A stretch of 64,000 nucleotides of DNA from the human T2T-CHM13v2.0 reference genome, Homo sapiens, in assembly GCF_009914755.1 (NCBI RefSeq), contig NC_060929.1; one strand, written 5' to 3'. Positions 1 through 15,442 of this stretch are shown in pieces; within the stretch, counting starts at the first letter, position 1, and every line of letters starts with the position of its first letter. The notes beneath the pieces are model-generated. The model was not told where the DNA came from, did no database searches, and was given only the letters and a program-made list of their open reading frames with translations. Both the position numbers and the translations under genes were made by a program.

Positions 1-818
1 CTGAGGTACCGGGTTCATCTCACTAGGGAATGCCAGACAGTGGGCGCAGGTCAGTGGGTGCATGCAGTGCGCCATGCGCGAGCCTAAGCAGGGCGAGGCA
101 TTGTCTCACTCTCGAAGCGCAAGGGATCAGGGAGTTCCTTTCCTAGTCAAAGAAAGTGGTGACAGACGGCACCTGGAAAATCGGGTCACTCCCACCCGAA
201 TACTGTGCTTTTCCGACGGGCTAAAAAAACGGTGCACCAGAAGATTATATCCCATGCCTGGATGAGAGGGTCCTACGCCCACGGAGTCTCGCTGATTGCT
301 AGCACAGCAGTCTGAGATCAAACTGCAAGGCGGTAGCAAGGCTGAGGGAGGGGCACCCACCATTGCCCAGGCTTGCTTAGGTAAACAAAGCAGCCAGGAA
401 GCTTGAACTGGGTGGAGCCCACCACAGCTCAAGGAGGCCTGCCTGTCTCTGTAGGCTCCACCTCTGGGGGCAGGGCACAGACAAACAAAAAGACAGCAGC
501 AACCTCTGCAGACTTAAATGTCCCTGTCTGACAGCTTTGAAGAGAGCAGTGGTTCCCCCAGCACACAGCTGGAGATCTGAGAACGGGCAGACTGCCTCCT
601 CAAGTGGGTCCTTGACCCCTGACCCCCGAGCAGCCTAACTGGGAGGCACCCCCCAGCAGGGGCAGACTGACACCTCACACGGCCAGGTACTCCAACAGAC
701 CTGCAGCTGAGGGTCCTGTCTGTTAGAAGGAAAACTAACAAACAGAAAGGACATCCACACCAAAAACCCATCTGTACATCACCACCATCAAAGACCAAAA
801 GTAGATAAAACCACAAAG
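1..818. promoter_or_regulatory. L1 5'UTR: internal sense promoter and antisense promoter region
   Basis: Sequence matches primate L1 5'UTR. Bidirectional promoter activity is established for the family but not shown for this copy. Confidence 0.7.
127..363 (-). CDS. ORF0: L1 antisense ORF0, open, 78 aa (MVGAPPSALLPPCSLISDCCASNQRDSVGVGPS...RVGVTRFSRC...)
   Basis: Internal ATG (CAT at 361-363) of track ORF 127..432(-). The peptide matches the primate L1 ORF0 pattern and sits in a GCAATGG Kozak context. Expression is unknown. Confidence 0.65.
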   Translation of the reverse strand: MVGAPPSALLPPCSLISDCCASNQRDSVGVGPSHPGMGYNLLVHRFFSPSEKHSIRVGVTRFSRCRLSPLSLTRKGTP

Positions 819-1825
819 ATGGGAAAAAAACAGAGCAGAAAAACTGGAAACTCTAAAAAGCAGAGCGCCTCTCCTCCTCCAAAGGAATGCAGTTCCTCAC
901 CAGCAATGGAATAAAGCTGGACGGAGAATGACTTCGACGAGCTGAGAGAAGAAGGCTTCAGACGATCAAATTACTCAGAGCTACGGGAGGACATTCAAAC
1001 AAAAGGCAAAGAAGTTGAAAACTTTGAAAAAAATTTAGAAGAATGTATAACTAGAATAATCAATACAGAGAAGTGCTTAAAGGAGCTGATGGAGCTGAAA
1101 ACCAAGGCTCAAGAACTATGTGAAGAAGGCAGAAGCCTCAGGAGCCGATGCGATCAACTGGAAGAAAGGGTATCCGTGATGGAAGATGAAATGAAGTGAG
1201 AAGGGAAGTTTAGAGAAAAAAGAATAAAAAGAAACAAGCAAAACCTCCAAGAAATATGGGACTATGTGAAAAGACCAAATCTACATCTGATTGGTGTAAC
1301 TGAAAGTGATGGGGAGAATGGAACCAAGTTGGAAAACACTCTGCAGGATATTATCAGGAGAACTTCCCCAATCTAGCAAGGCAGGCCAACATTCAGATTC
1401 AGGAAATACAGAGAACGCCACAAAGATATTCCTCGAGAAGAGCAACTCCAAGACACATAATTGTCAGATACACCAAAGTTGAAATGGAGGAAGAAATGTT
1501 AAGGGCAGCCAGAGAGAAAGGTCGGGTTACCCTCAAAGGGAAGCCCATCAGACTAACAGCTGATCTCTCAGCAGAAATTCTACAAGCCAGAAGAGAGTGG
1601 GGGCCAATATTCAACATTCTTAAAGAAAAGAATTTTCAACCCAGAATTTCATATCCAGCCAAACTAAGCTTCATAAGTGAAGGAGAAATAAAATACTTTA
1701 CAAACAAGCAAATGCTGAGAGATTTTGTCACCACCAGGCCTGCCCTAAAAGAGCTCCTGAAGGAAGCACTAAACATGGAAAGGGACAACCGGTACCAGCC
1801 ACTGCAAAATCATGCCAAAATGTAA
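819..1825 (+). pseudogene. L1 ORF1p (RNA-binding chaperone), disrupted
   Basis: MGKKQSRK start, in-frame stops at 912-914 (TAA) and 1197-1199 (TGA), frameshift near 1355. The C-terminal part with ARREW and YPAKLS is open at 1484-1825. Confidence 0.95.
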
Positions 1826-1888
1826 AGACCATTGAGACTAGGAAGAAACTGCATCAACTAATGAGCAAAATAACCAGCTAACATCATA

Positions 1889-5699
<3,811 letters not shown>

Positions 5700-7042
5700 A
5701 CAATGAGAACACATGGACACAGGAAGGGGAACATCACACTCTGGGGACTGTTGTGGGGTGGGTGGAGTGGGGAGGGATAGCACTGGGAGATATACCTAAT
5801 GCTAGATGACGAGTTAGTGGGTGCAGCGCACCAGCATGGCACATGTATACATATGTAAGTAGCCTGCACATTGTGCACATGTACCCTAAAACTTAAAGTA
5901 TTATAATAATAAATAAATAAACGTAAAAAAAGAAAAAGAACTTACATGAACACATATGGGCCCTCAGGCACATTGATCATGTACTTTCACAACCAAGCAA
6001 AACAAACTCTTGTTGGATATCTTGCTGTGTTGTCAAATCAACTGAAAATGTAAACATCTAGTAAGATTTAAACCTTATTCGCAGGTCACATCAGCTGAAT
6101 AAAAAGCCCATGAAAAGCAGTTTAATTTCCTTTTATGTCACTAGGTTATCTTCAACAATAGAATAAAAATATGCATCTTTTTCAGGAAAACAATATGAAC
6201 ATAATCCTTGCCAATAAGGCATGAGAGACGGTGCCTTTCACCTACAGCCACTGAAATCATGGCACTTCAGCACACATCACTGATCGCATAGTTCATAACA
6301 GAAAGGACTTTCTTTATCAGGCTGCCAGTATTTAAGCTTTTTCTGAAATTTCTTAAGAATATGTCAACGTAAAAAGAATAAATAATTCTCTGTCAATTTA
6401 TTTTAATAGTAAAATGTATCAACCTTACTTTACTAAAATATACGAATTGAATTTTTTCTCATAGAGTAAGAATTATGACCATTAAAATATATCTGTTTAT
6501 TATTGAATGAACCTACTATTTCTGCATATTATCAAATTAACCCAGTATATTTCCTTCATTTCAAAGTCACAAATCATAGACAAGAATATTTAGATGAAAT
6601 CGCAAATTCTAACTTTCTCCACATGTATAAGAAACAAAGTTTTTCAGGTAACAAACAGCTCAGTTGTTCTGGGGTGAAAGTTACTGTGATAACCTTTGTA
6701 ATAGTCCTAACTAAAAGAATATTACCTTAGAAATCAAGGATTGATTACTTATTTGGGAACATAGGAAAAGGCAAACAATAGGCCCTAAGGCTGTTTTCTT
6801 TCTCTTTTCTTTTAGCATTGCCATTCTTACACTAGATAAACAGAGTACTCTGTTCTCTCTTGATGATACATACTCATTGCTATAGTGTTTCTCAATGTGA
6901 GTGCAAAGCAAGTAAAATTTTGAAAATGTTAAATGATGCTATCTCCATCTCACTCTCACCCTCACAAAGAAGTTACAGCCACTCAATTTATAGAAGAGGA
7001 GAGTCTCAATACAATTTTAGGAAGAAAGAAAATGTAACTTAG

Positions 7043-7218
7043 AGCCGAGCGCCCCTGCCCACCTGAAGTCCCAGCTACTCAGGAGGCTGAGGCAGGAGGT
7101 GAAGGCAGGAGGATGGCTTGAGCCCAGGAGTTGAAGAACGCGGTATACAATGATTATGCCTGTGACTAGCCACTGCATTCCAGCCTGGACAACATAGCAA
7201 GAACCTGTCTCTTAAAAA
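7043..7218 (+). mobile_element. FAM (fossil Alu monomer)
   Basis: Single monomer with the FAM-type 3' part CCTGTGACTAGCCACTGCATTCCAGCCTGGACAACATAGCAAGA. Degenerate TSD AAAATGTAACTTA (7029-7041) / AAAATGCAATTTA (7216-7228). Confidence 0.8.
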
Positions 7219-7619
7219 ATGCAATTTAAAGGATATTTCTGACACACAGCGAAGAACAGAAAGATTCAGCATTCCAGTTGGTGGAATGTTGGATTGAAAA
7301 GAGTAGGGTCAGGAAGTGTAAAATAAGTCAGATACCAATGTTACTGCTGTGCTTACACTCACATTTCCGAGGGTGAAATGTATGATTTAATAATCCAGAA
7401 GTATACAGAAGAAACCAGTAATTCAATTGGTTCTATTATGTATGGTAGACAAGACTGGGGATTGGAATTTAGAAGAAAGAACTGCGAGCATTAACTTCTA
7501 GATCCCAGTTAGCTCTGTGTTCCATTCCTCAGGATGTGTAAGTGGTTTTGCATTATTTTAGCAGAGAGAGGTGTTTACGCAATTTATCAAAGTTGATTCA
7601 GTTATCTACTGACATAAGA

Positions 7620-8020
7620 AAAAAAGCTTTCATAAATTTGTGCATATGTTATCTTATATTTGTAATTGGATATTTTCAGATTACTGTACTGGAAGGTCAA
7701 ACATGTAAGTACATCTCTAATTGTATTTAATATTGCCAATTTACCCTATATAGCCAATTTACTCTATTGCACTGTAGCGAATTTTCACCAGTGATATCTG
7801 AAATAACTTATTTTCTCCAATCTCACCAGTAGAGTATATTGTCAATCCTTTGGATTTTTTGCCAATCATGTAGGTAAGAAGCGATAGATCTATAGTTTTA
7901 ATTTATTTTACTAATACTGAGATAGAATTTATTTTCTATGCTTAAGGAACATTTGCATTTTCTTTTTTGTGAACTGCACATATCTTTTGCTCAATTTTCT
8001 CTTAGGTTTGTTTCCAATTT
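7620..8020 (-). mobile_element. Old L1M fragment (3' ORF2 region)
   Basis: Degenerate antisense L1 motifs such as TTTTTGCCAATC..GTAGGT and TTTGCATTTTCTTTTTTGTGAACTGC. Confidence 0.55.
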
Positions 8021-8744
8021 TTTAAGAGCGTGTGCATGCATGCACATGTGTGTGTATGTTTTGTTTTTTATTTTTTTTTAGAATGTAGCATTTCTATTTA
8101 AAAGTTCACAGATAGGCAACTCCCTTTGTGAAAAGGTTTCCAAATACATTGACAGGGAGCAGCTTATAATAATTATTAGATTATATGCAATATATATTCA
8201 TACTGCCAATACTATGCACACATTGGAAAGCTAGGGTTTTTAGTGTCTCCATTACAGAACACATTTCAAGTTGACAATAGCATGTTTCTCACCATTGAAA
8301 CTTGCCAACAACTCTCCCAAAGACTTAACATTTAATATATTGACAGTTCAGAACAAGAAAATAATTTGTTCTACTTACATTTGTTTGAAGTTGTATACTA
8401 GAGCACTGATATATTAAAGGTTTGTAAAACTGGCTGCTAAATGTGTTTCAAGATTCGTCCAGATGACCTGATGATGACTTTACATGGTTTTGTACAAAGC
8501 CACACTCTCTTCTACTCTTTTTAATTCATCTGAAGAGTCAGACTAGCTATGATTTAATCATAACATAGAGCAATAATTGCCATAAAATAATTAACAAAGG
8601 GTGCTATTTTATAAAAATAAGGATTCAGGATGACTACATGAAGATAGAGCTCAACTCATCATGTTCGAAGCCTGGAGAAAGCACTTTGTTTGATTACAAT
8701 ATAATCTAATGAGACCATAATCATAGGCTCAACCTCTATGTAAT

Positions 8745-8872
8745 TCATATACATATATACATCTATGCATATACATCCATACACATAAATATACGTATAC
8801 ACACATATATACACACATTTCATATACATATATATTTTCAGATATACACACACATTTCGTATACATATATGC
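8745..8872. repeat. TA/CA-rich low-complexity microsatellite
   Basis: Mixed (TA)n, (CA)n and TACA runs. Confidence 0.85.
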
Positions 8873-9315
8873 CTTTATTATTTAAAATTCTGTTATATTT
8901 ATTAAAATGCATTTATTATTTATAATTATCTTATAGTTTGACTTGTACAGACTTTTAGAGTGGGGCATTAAAAAGCTGATTGGAACCTCTATGACTATTT
9001 GCAGGACTTGCTGATGGCTTTGTACTGTGGGAAAACTGAGAAAGTTCTGAACATTTCAAATTTCACATATGTAAGGATTTTCTTTAGAGTCATTTAAATT
9101 CTCCAGGAAAAATAAGTAAATCTTCAAACTCCTGTCTGGAAAAATGAACGCCTACTAAGGTATTCTTTAACTTAAAATTTTGAAAGAAAACTCAGAGTAT
9201 AAGTATTCTGTATGAAGCATGTCAGTTTCCCTATTTTTCAGAATATAACTTTTCTACTTGCTTTATGCTATTTTTGTTTTTCTTGATTTGGAAGCCAACT
9301 ACGGTTTTTCCCAAC

Positions 9316-9496
9316 ATGTTTGTCAAACTTCAGCATGTGTCACAATCACCTGGTGAGCTCATTAAAACACAGATTGCATGGACACATTTCCAGATTTTGT
9401 GATTCTGTAGGTGTTGGTAGGGCCCGAAATTTACATTTCCTAACAAGCGGTGATGCTGATGTTGCTGGGTCAAGCCTGCATTTTGAGAACCACTGT
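9316..9496. mobile_element. MER5A (hAT-Charlie MITE)
   Basis: AATCACCTGG..TTAAAACACAGATTGC..GGTGATGCTGATGTTGCTGG..TTTGAGAACCACTG terminus. Confidence 0.85.
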
Positions 9497-9635
9497 CCTA
9501 CATGAGGCTTGCAAATGTTACATATTATTCCATTGCAATATATAAATTTTATCTTTCAAACATAGTTCTTAGTATAATTTACTTAAATACAATAGCAAAA
9601 TTTGCAAATCTTATAAGATTCCAATGACAGATCAC

Positions 9636-10008
9636 ATTGTTCCTATTCTATAATACATTACCTTATATTGGATAATTTATAAACAATAGAAATGTATTTT
9701 TTATAGTTCTGAAAGCTGGGAAGTCCAAGATCATGACACCAGCAAATTTAGTATCAAATAGGAATCTTTGCCTCCAGAATGATACCATCCTCTGTAGGAA
9801 ATGAAAGCTGTGTCCTCACATGGCAGAAAGGGATGGAAGAGCAAAAGAGCACACTAGAATGCCCCTTTAAACTCTTTTATAAGAGTACTATTCCATTCAT
9901 TAGAGTGGAGCCCTCATGATTTAATCACTTCCCAAAAGGCCCCATCTCATTGCATATTAGGTTCCAATACACAAATTTTGGAGGGACACATACATTAAAA
10001 TCATAGCA
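9636..10008 (-). mobile_element. MaLR solo LTR, MSTD/MLT1A-type
   Basis: GCTGGGAAGTCCAAGATC, GTGTCCTCACATGGCAGAA, GGAGCCCTCATGATTTAATCAC, ending ..CATTAAAATCATAGCA. Confidence 0.8.
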
Positions 10009-10139
10009 AATCATTAGCTGTATGGTTAGTTTTAAGGCTTTTGAAGAGAAATTTGATCAGTAGTCTCTCAAAGTACACAAATTAGAAGTAATTTCATTAT
10101 GAAACAGAGGACTTAACAGAGTAATTACAACTATAGGCC

Positions 10140-10342
10140 CTGAAACTAGGTTTCTATAATTCATTTCTGTGGATTTAGTTAATTAAGCTCCCTTTGTTTC
10201 AGTTCCATCTTCTCCTCTGGGAATATCGATAGTTTCTATATCTCAGTGTTACTGTGAAAATTTCATAATAAATAGATAATGGGAAATATTTAGTCATTTA
10301 ATGCAAAGCAGGGCCCATAGTAAGCTCTCAATGAATTGTTTG
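10140..10342 (+). mobile_element. MIR SINE, degenerate
   Basis: MIR core-like TTTCAGTTCCATC and a CATAGTAAGCTCTCAATGAAT 3' end. Confidence 0.55.
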
Positions 10343-10842
10343 TCATAAACAGAATCATGACCCTTATCAATATTATCACTAATAATCTGATATCATAAGC
10401 AATTGTAGCATATAAGACTCAGGGACTGACTCAGTTCTAATGTAAATCTTCAGCAAGAACAACATTTATTCAAGCACCTATGCTTCAGCTCTGTGGTACA
10501 TGAGGAGCAAAGAGGAAAATATTAATATCATATCCATGCTACCTTCTGTGCCATGAGTATTATGTCCTTCGTTGCTGATTCAGGCAGATGTCTTTTCTGC
10601 CATCATTCATGAAAGGATGGTACCTAACTTTTTAGCTTGCATGTAGAGAAAACTGAAATCTTTCACAGGTTTTAACAACAGCTATATGTATATATATATA
10701 TCTATATCAATGCTGGTGCAAAAAGACATGTTACCCATTAGTTGAGGGATTAAGCTATTAAACCTAGTAGTCTCTTGAAAAGTAAACCTCTACAATATGA
10801 AATTGTAAAACGCAGGTCATGTTTCATATATATACACATATA

Positions 10843-10935
10843 TGCTTCCAGGATGGGACCATCCTCCATAGGAAATAAAAGCTGTGTGCTCACATGGTAG
10901 AAGGGATGAAAGAGCAAAACTGGGAACTAGAATGC
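10843..10935 (+). repeat. ~90-bp dispersed copy of 9769-9862 (MaLR LTR interior) inside a TA/CA microsatellite
   Basis: Aligns by eye to 9769-9862. Flanked by the direct repeat ATGCTTCCA at 10842-10850 and 10932-10940. Confidence 0.8.
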
Positions 10936-13252
10936 TTCCATATACATACACACACACACACACATATATATATCTCACAAGAGTCTTCATGCTCTTTGAA
11001 GCATAGGTAAGAATCTACTAATATTCATCAAGGCATTCATTTTTTAAAGAGAATTTTATGCTCATGTAACTAAAATGTGGGCTGTTTGTATGCATGATTT
11101 TGAGGTCAACAAAACTGAATATGGAGGTTATGGAGGTTACCAGTGCAATTCAATCTGAGTTTTTTAAGCTTCAATATCTGTAAAACTCATGGCCTTAAAA
11201 ACTCACAAATTTTTTTTTTGCAGAGCAATGAAATCATTGCAGTTTTATTTTGTTGGAATATTTTATTTAGGCTTAAATGAGTGCCTGTTTGTGACCACAT
11301 TTCTTTTTGCTAGTCTATTTGTTTCACTAGTGTTTTTAAACAGATTATCCTCATAAATTGCATAATGTACAATACCTGTGTCTTAAATAAATCTGGCTTT
11401 AGTAGGTGGATTTTACTTCTAGTCTTAAGAGATTAACATTATATTAGTTAAATACATTGTAGACAAACTATTTTAAGTAGTTAATATTTCAATCTTTTTT
11501 CAGGGCAAATTCATGTATCTATTTTAATGTATACCAATTTCATTTCTAAAAGCTTACATTTATCTCAAATATTTGTTATATTCTCCATCACATCCTAATT
11601 AGAAGTTTAGTATTTGACCCAAATTTAGATTTCAAGTTGGTACATCTTCTCATTACTTCGCATTGTCTTTTAACACATAAACAAAGCTTTTAGCACATCT
11701 GATGTAAACCAAGCATTTCATTGTTTTCAACATTTCACAGTAAATCTTGAGCAGCAAAAAATTGCTGAAATAATACTTTTTATTCTTAAGATCCTTATTT
11801 TTGATACTTGGTTTTAAAATTATCTTCATTCTGTTAATTATTTTCTATAGAGAAAGATTTGATCCTTAACCACAACTTATTAAACATTAACAGAGAAAAA
11901 TAGCATTAAATAGCCACCACTGTATATACATAACTACATAGCAGCCATCAAAATGATTCTCTTTTGTCCAAATTCCTGCTTTTATGGTGACTCTCAGCCA
12001 AGAACAAGGGACCATGTATGCAGATGGAGTCCCACCTTAGTGTCAAAAGCTTTCTATTTTTTATATCTCAAGATTCATGGTTAAAAGTAGTGGGGAAAAT
12101 CTCCCTGCTCATCAAGAATGGTAGAAAATAACACAGTAGCATTTGGGATCCAAAAATATCATAACCATTGCTGTGAGGACCTATGATTATAGAAGAGACT
12201 TTATACATCAGTGTAATAACTTATCAGTGTGATTTGAAGCACTGAATATATTGTCTTCTCAAAATGTCAGTTTTCTGCTCATTCCTTAGTTGTAATCACC
12301 AGAGACTATGGACCAAAACATAGGGCATGATGTTTGGTAGAACTTAAACATAACTTAAAGGTGCTATAATCTCTATACTTGCTTATTTTCCTCAATTATT
12401 CATTTCACTGTGTTGTCATTAACATCATACCCACTACTGTTGTCTCGCCTCTCATGTTATCTTGATTTTCTTTTCTCTACTTGAAAATTTGCAGACATAT
12501 TTAGTGTTTTAGATAGATATTTCCCAAAGTAATAAAGATATGTAGCTTTCCGAAAAGAGCAGAGATTATGATGGCTGTCTCTTAGCTTTTAGAAGAAAAA
12601 TAATTTGGCTTATGACTGGATTTCTTCTCAGTTCACTGTTGATAATGTCACGTTCTGTGTCTCTGATGAAATGTAATGTCTTTTCTCTGATGAGATATAT
12701 TGGCTAACATGGTTTATGATTCACAGAAAGTAAAGTTAGAAAAAAGATAATACAGATCTACTGCTCTTTCAGAAAAAAATAAAACAAAACAATAGTTTTG
12801 GAGAAGGTAAAATGTGGAAGAAAATGCCCCAGAATACTGAACAATCTTTGTTCTTCCACTATCCTCAAACAAATTTAACAAAATAAATATCTAACACCAT
12901 TAGTTTTATAGCAGTCCATAGAATTATTGCTTCTGTAATAGGAATGTTATGTTTAACAATTGGAGTCTCTATCAAGAAGCCTTGAGTAATTTTTTGGGTG
13001 AATGGTTGGGCTTAACATAACTTTGTAACATACACAGTAGTCCTAAAGATTTTTTATCTGTTTGTGCCATAGTGTCATCCCTATTTTTTTTTAACTCACC
13101 TACTTAGTGGATTTTCTGCCACATTCCTTCTGTTAATGTGAACTGCACACCAGGTTCTGCCTTGAAGCATATCCTGCCTTTGATCTCATTGCAATACTGC
13201 CGTGGTCATCTGCTATTCTCTGATGATGTGATGATTTTTCACTTTTTCATGG

Positions 13253-13466
13253 CAGTTTCTTAACCATGGCACTTTTTGGATTGGATAATTCTTTGCTTGT
13301 GGTAGGAGCTGTCCTGTGCATTGTTGAATGTTTAGCATCTACTCTGGCCTCTACTCACTAAATGCAAGCCACTCTGCTTCCCCACTGACCCAATCAGAAG
13401 TCAAAAAGATAGGTATCACCAAATGTTCCCCTGGAGAGATAAAATGCCTCTGATTGAGAACTTCTG
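13253..13466. mobile_element. MER20 (hAT-Charlie MITE)
   Basis: GGATAATTCTTTG..GCTGTCCTGTGCATTGT..TGTTTAGCA..CTGGCCTCTAC..CCAAATGTTCCCCTGG..TTGAGAAC. Confidence 0.85.
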
Positions 13467-15411
13467 TTCTACGGTGGTGGTGTTTTTTCTATCCCATGCA
13501 AGAGGGATTTTTTATTTTTTAGTTGAGTTTCTTCACTCCACTTTTCTAATCTATCTATACTAATCTCTCAAAACATCCAAATATTAACTAGGATATTTTC
13601 TCCTAAGATAATCAGTGTTCAAGAGTGTAGTGAGCACACCCATAAATTCTGAGATGAGTAATTCTTCCTTAAGTGCTTACACCTTTATTTTTCCTAGGGC
13701 TTAGAAAGCACACAAGCGGATGACAATTTCACTTTCATTGAACAGTAAGAGTGGTCAAGTAACCTCAAGCTCTTAGGTCAAATATTTCAGGCTATGTCTT
13801 TAATTCCAGGCAAAACTCTTAGCAGCATCATATCAAATATACAGATTCTGTTATTATGTCTCACTGTATAAAGAAAAGACTTTAAATGTCATCTGTTTAG
13901 GCTTGGATTTTACTTGTAATTGGAACAGTTGTATGTTCTCTACTTTTAGAATAGTTCTCAAAACCCCACTTAAAACCTAGTCCACCTCTCAAGTTGGGAA
14001 ATTTTAATTGCTGTAGGCAACAATACATCTAACAATCGGTATGCTAGCACTGTCTCCTTGCTATGATGGAAGCGGCAGGTGCTCACAGGGCCAGAAATCA
14101 CTGGAGACCATTCCCACAGACTTCTGAAGGGGAAAATAGTTGTATGTGTGTAAATGAGAGTGCGGGAGCATTTCCCATCCATTTTTCTAATACTTTCTCA
14201 GCTTCTTCTCCTTCCACTACCTGTTGTTTATGGTCAGTCTTTTTTGCCTCTAGGAAGAAAATACACTCTTTTGCCTCCTCGCACAATCTATTCTCCTGTA
14301 GCAAGAAAAATTATTTACCTATATTTTAAAAAGATTTCAGTTTTATTAAGAGTGGAAAATACTGGGATAAAATGTCCTTGCACTTATATATATATATATT
14401 TTTTTTCTTTCAAAAGTGAGATACCACTTTGGTATTACATCATGTCTTTGTGTACACAAGCGATGGAGGAAGGGTCATCTCAATTTTGGAGGAATAAGGC
14501 CAGTTTTTCATTGCAATGAGGGCTGACAAAGGGGATCTGAAGTAAAAAGCCAGAAGAGCCTCTGGATATAAGAGGAAAGGGAAGAAACGGGATCAGGGAA
14601 GTGGAAAGAAGAAAGTGTACCTAATGACAAATGAATATGTTATGGCAAAATAAATTTAATTAGTTCTGACATTTAAAAATAATATATTTTTATATTATTT
14701 TTTAAAGACATGCTGTAAGAGTGTTTGAAAGGACATTCGAATTTTAAATAGTGCCATCAGAATAGTATCCCTTGAGGGAATATTTTAAGTACTTTAAAAA
14801 ATGAGATGAAGCATCAAAATGCATTACAAACTGAAAACTACTTCCCACGTAAAAAATTGTGATTTTCAAATAAACCTTAGCTGCTTGTGTGTGTAAGTTT
14901 ATAAATATAAGTAACTGACAAGATGGGAATTATTACTCTGGAATTATCAAGAGTAACAGTGATATACCCATCAAAAATTAAAAGTGCCACAAGTTTCTTG
15001 GACTAGATTTTTCCTTAGCAATATATAGGATTTTTTTTCTAACCAGTAGACAACCAGGAAATGTAACATTTTTAAAAGATAAATAGTGTTTCAGAGATTA
15101 CCTCCTTTAGTGACTAGTAAAAAAATTTCCTTTGAATAAAAGATGTTATTTTAATGTAATGTTTGTTTTAGTTACATGATAGCTAATAACAAGAATAAAT
15201 TTATGTGTAAGTATATTTAAATATATTACTCAACCAAAATAGTTAGCTTTCTGTCATGGAAGCCTGTAACCTCCAGAAGATTAACAATAACAAGTGCTCT
15301 CGAATGTAAATATTGAGACAATATTTAGGAAATAAAGGGAATCTTTAATTATCAAATAAATCTGAGAAAGACCAAATTATGAAAGAGAAACATCAGGAAA
15401 AAGTATTTATC

Positions 15412-15442
15412 AGAGCGAGACCCTGTCTCAAACAAACAAACA
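15412..15442 (+). mobile_element. Extremely short Alu 3'-end stub with (CAAA)n tail
   Basis: AGAGCGAGACCCTGTCTC + AAACAAACAAACA between perfect 14-bp direct repeats AAAAAGTATTTATC (15398-15411 and 15443-15456). Confidence 0.8.

Noticed and set aside
5753-5776. G-quadruplex-like tract in the L1 3'UTR
   Set aside because: Standard feature of all L1PA 3'UTRs and partly eroded here; not specific to this locus.
8463-8540. ATGATGA ... CTGA spacing like a C/D-box snoRNA
   Set aside because: Weak terminal stem, low-complexity guide region and no recognisable C'/D' boxes; expected by chance in 64 kb.
12655-12735. Two CTGATGA motifs followed by GAAA (hammerhead ribozyme core?)
   Set aside because: I could not find stem II pairing (no G..C closing before GAAA) or convincing stems I and III.
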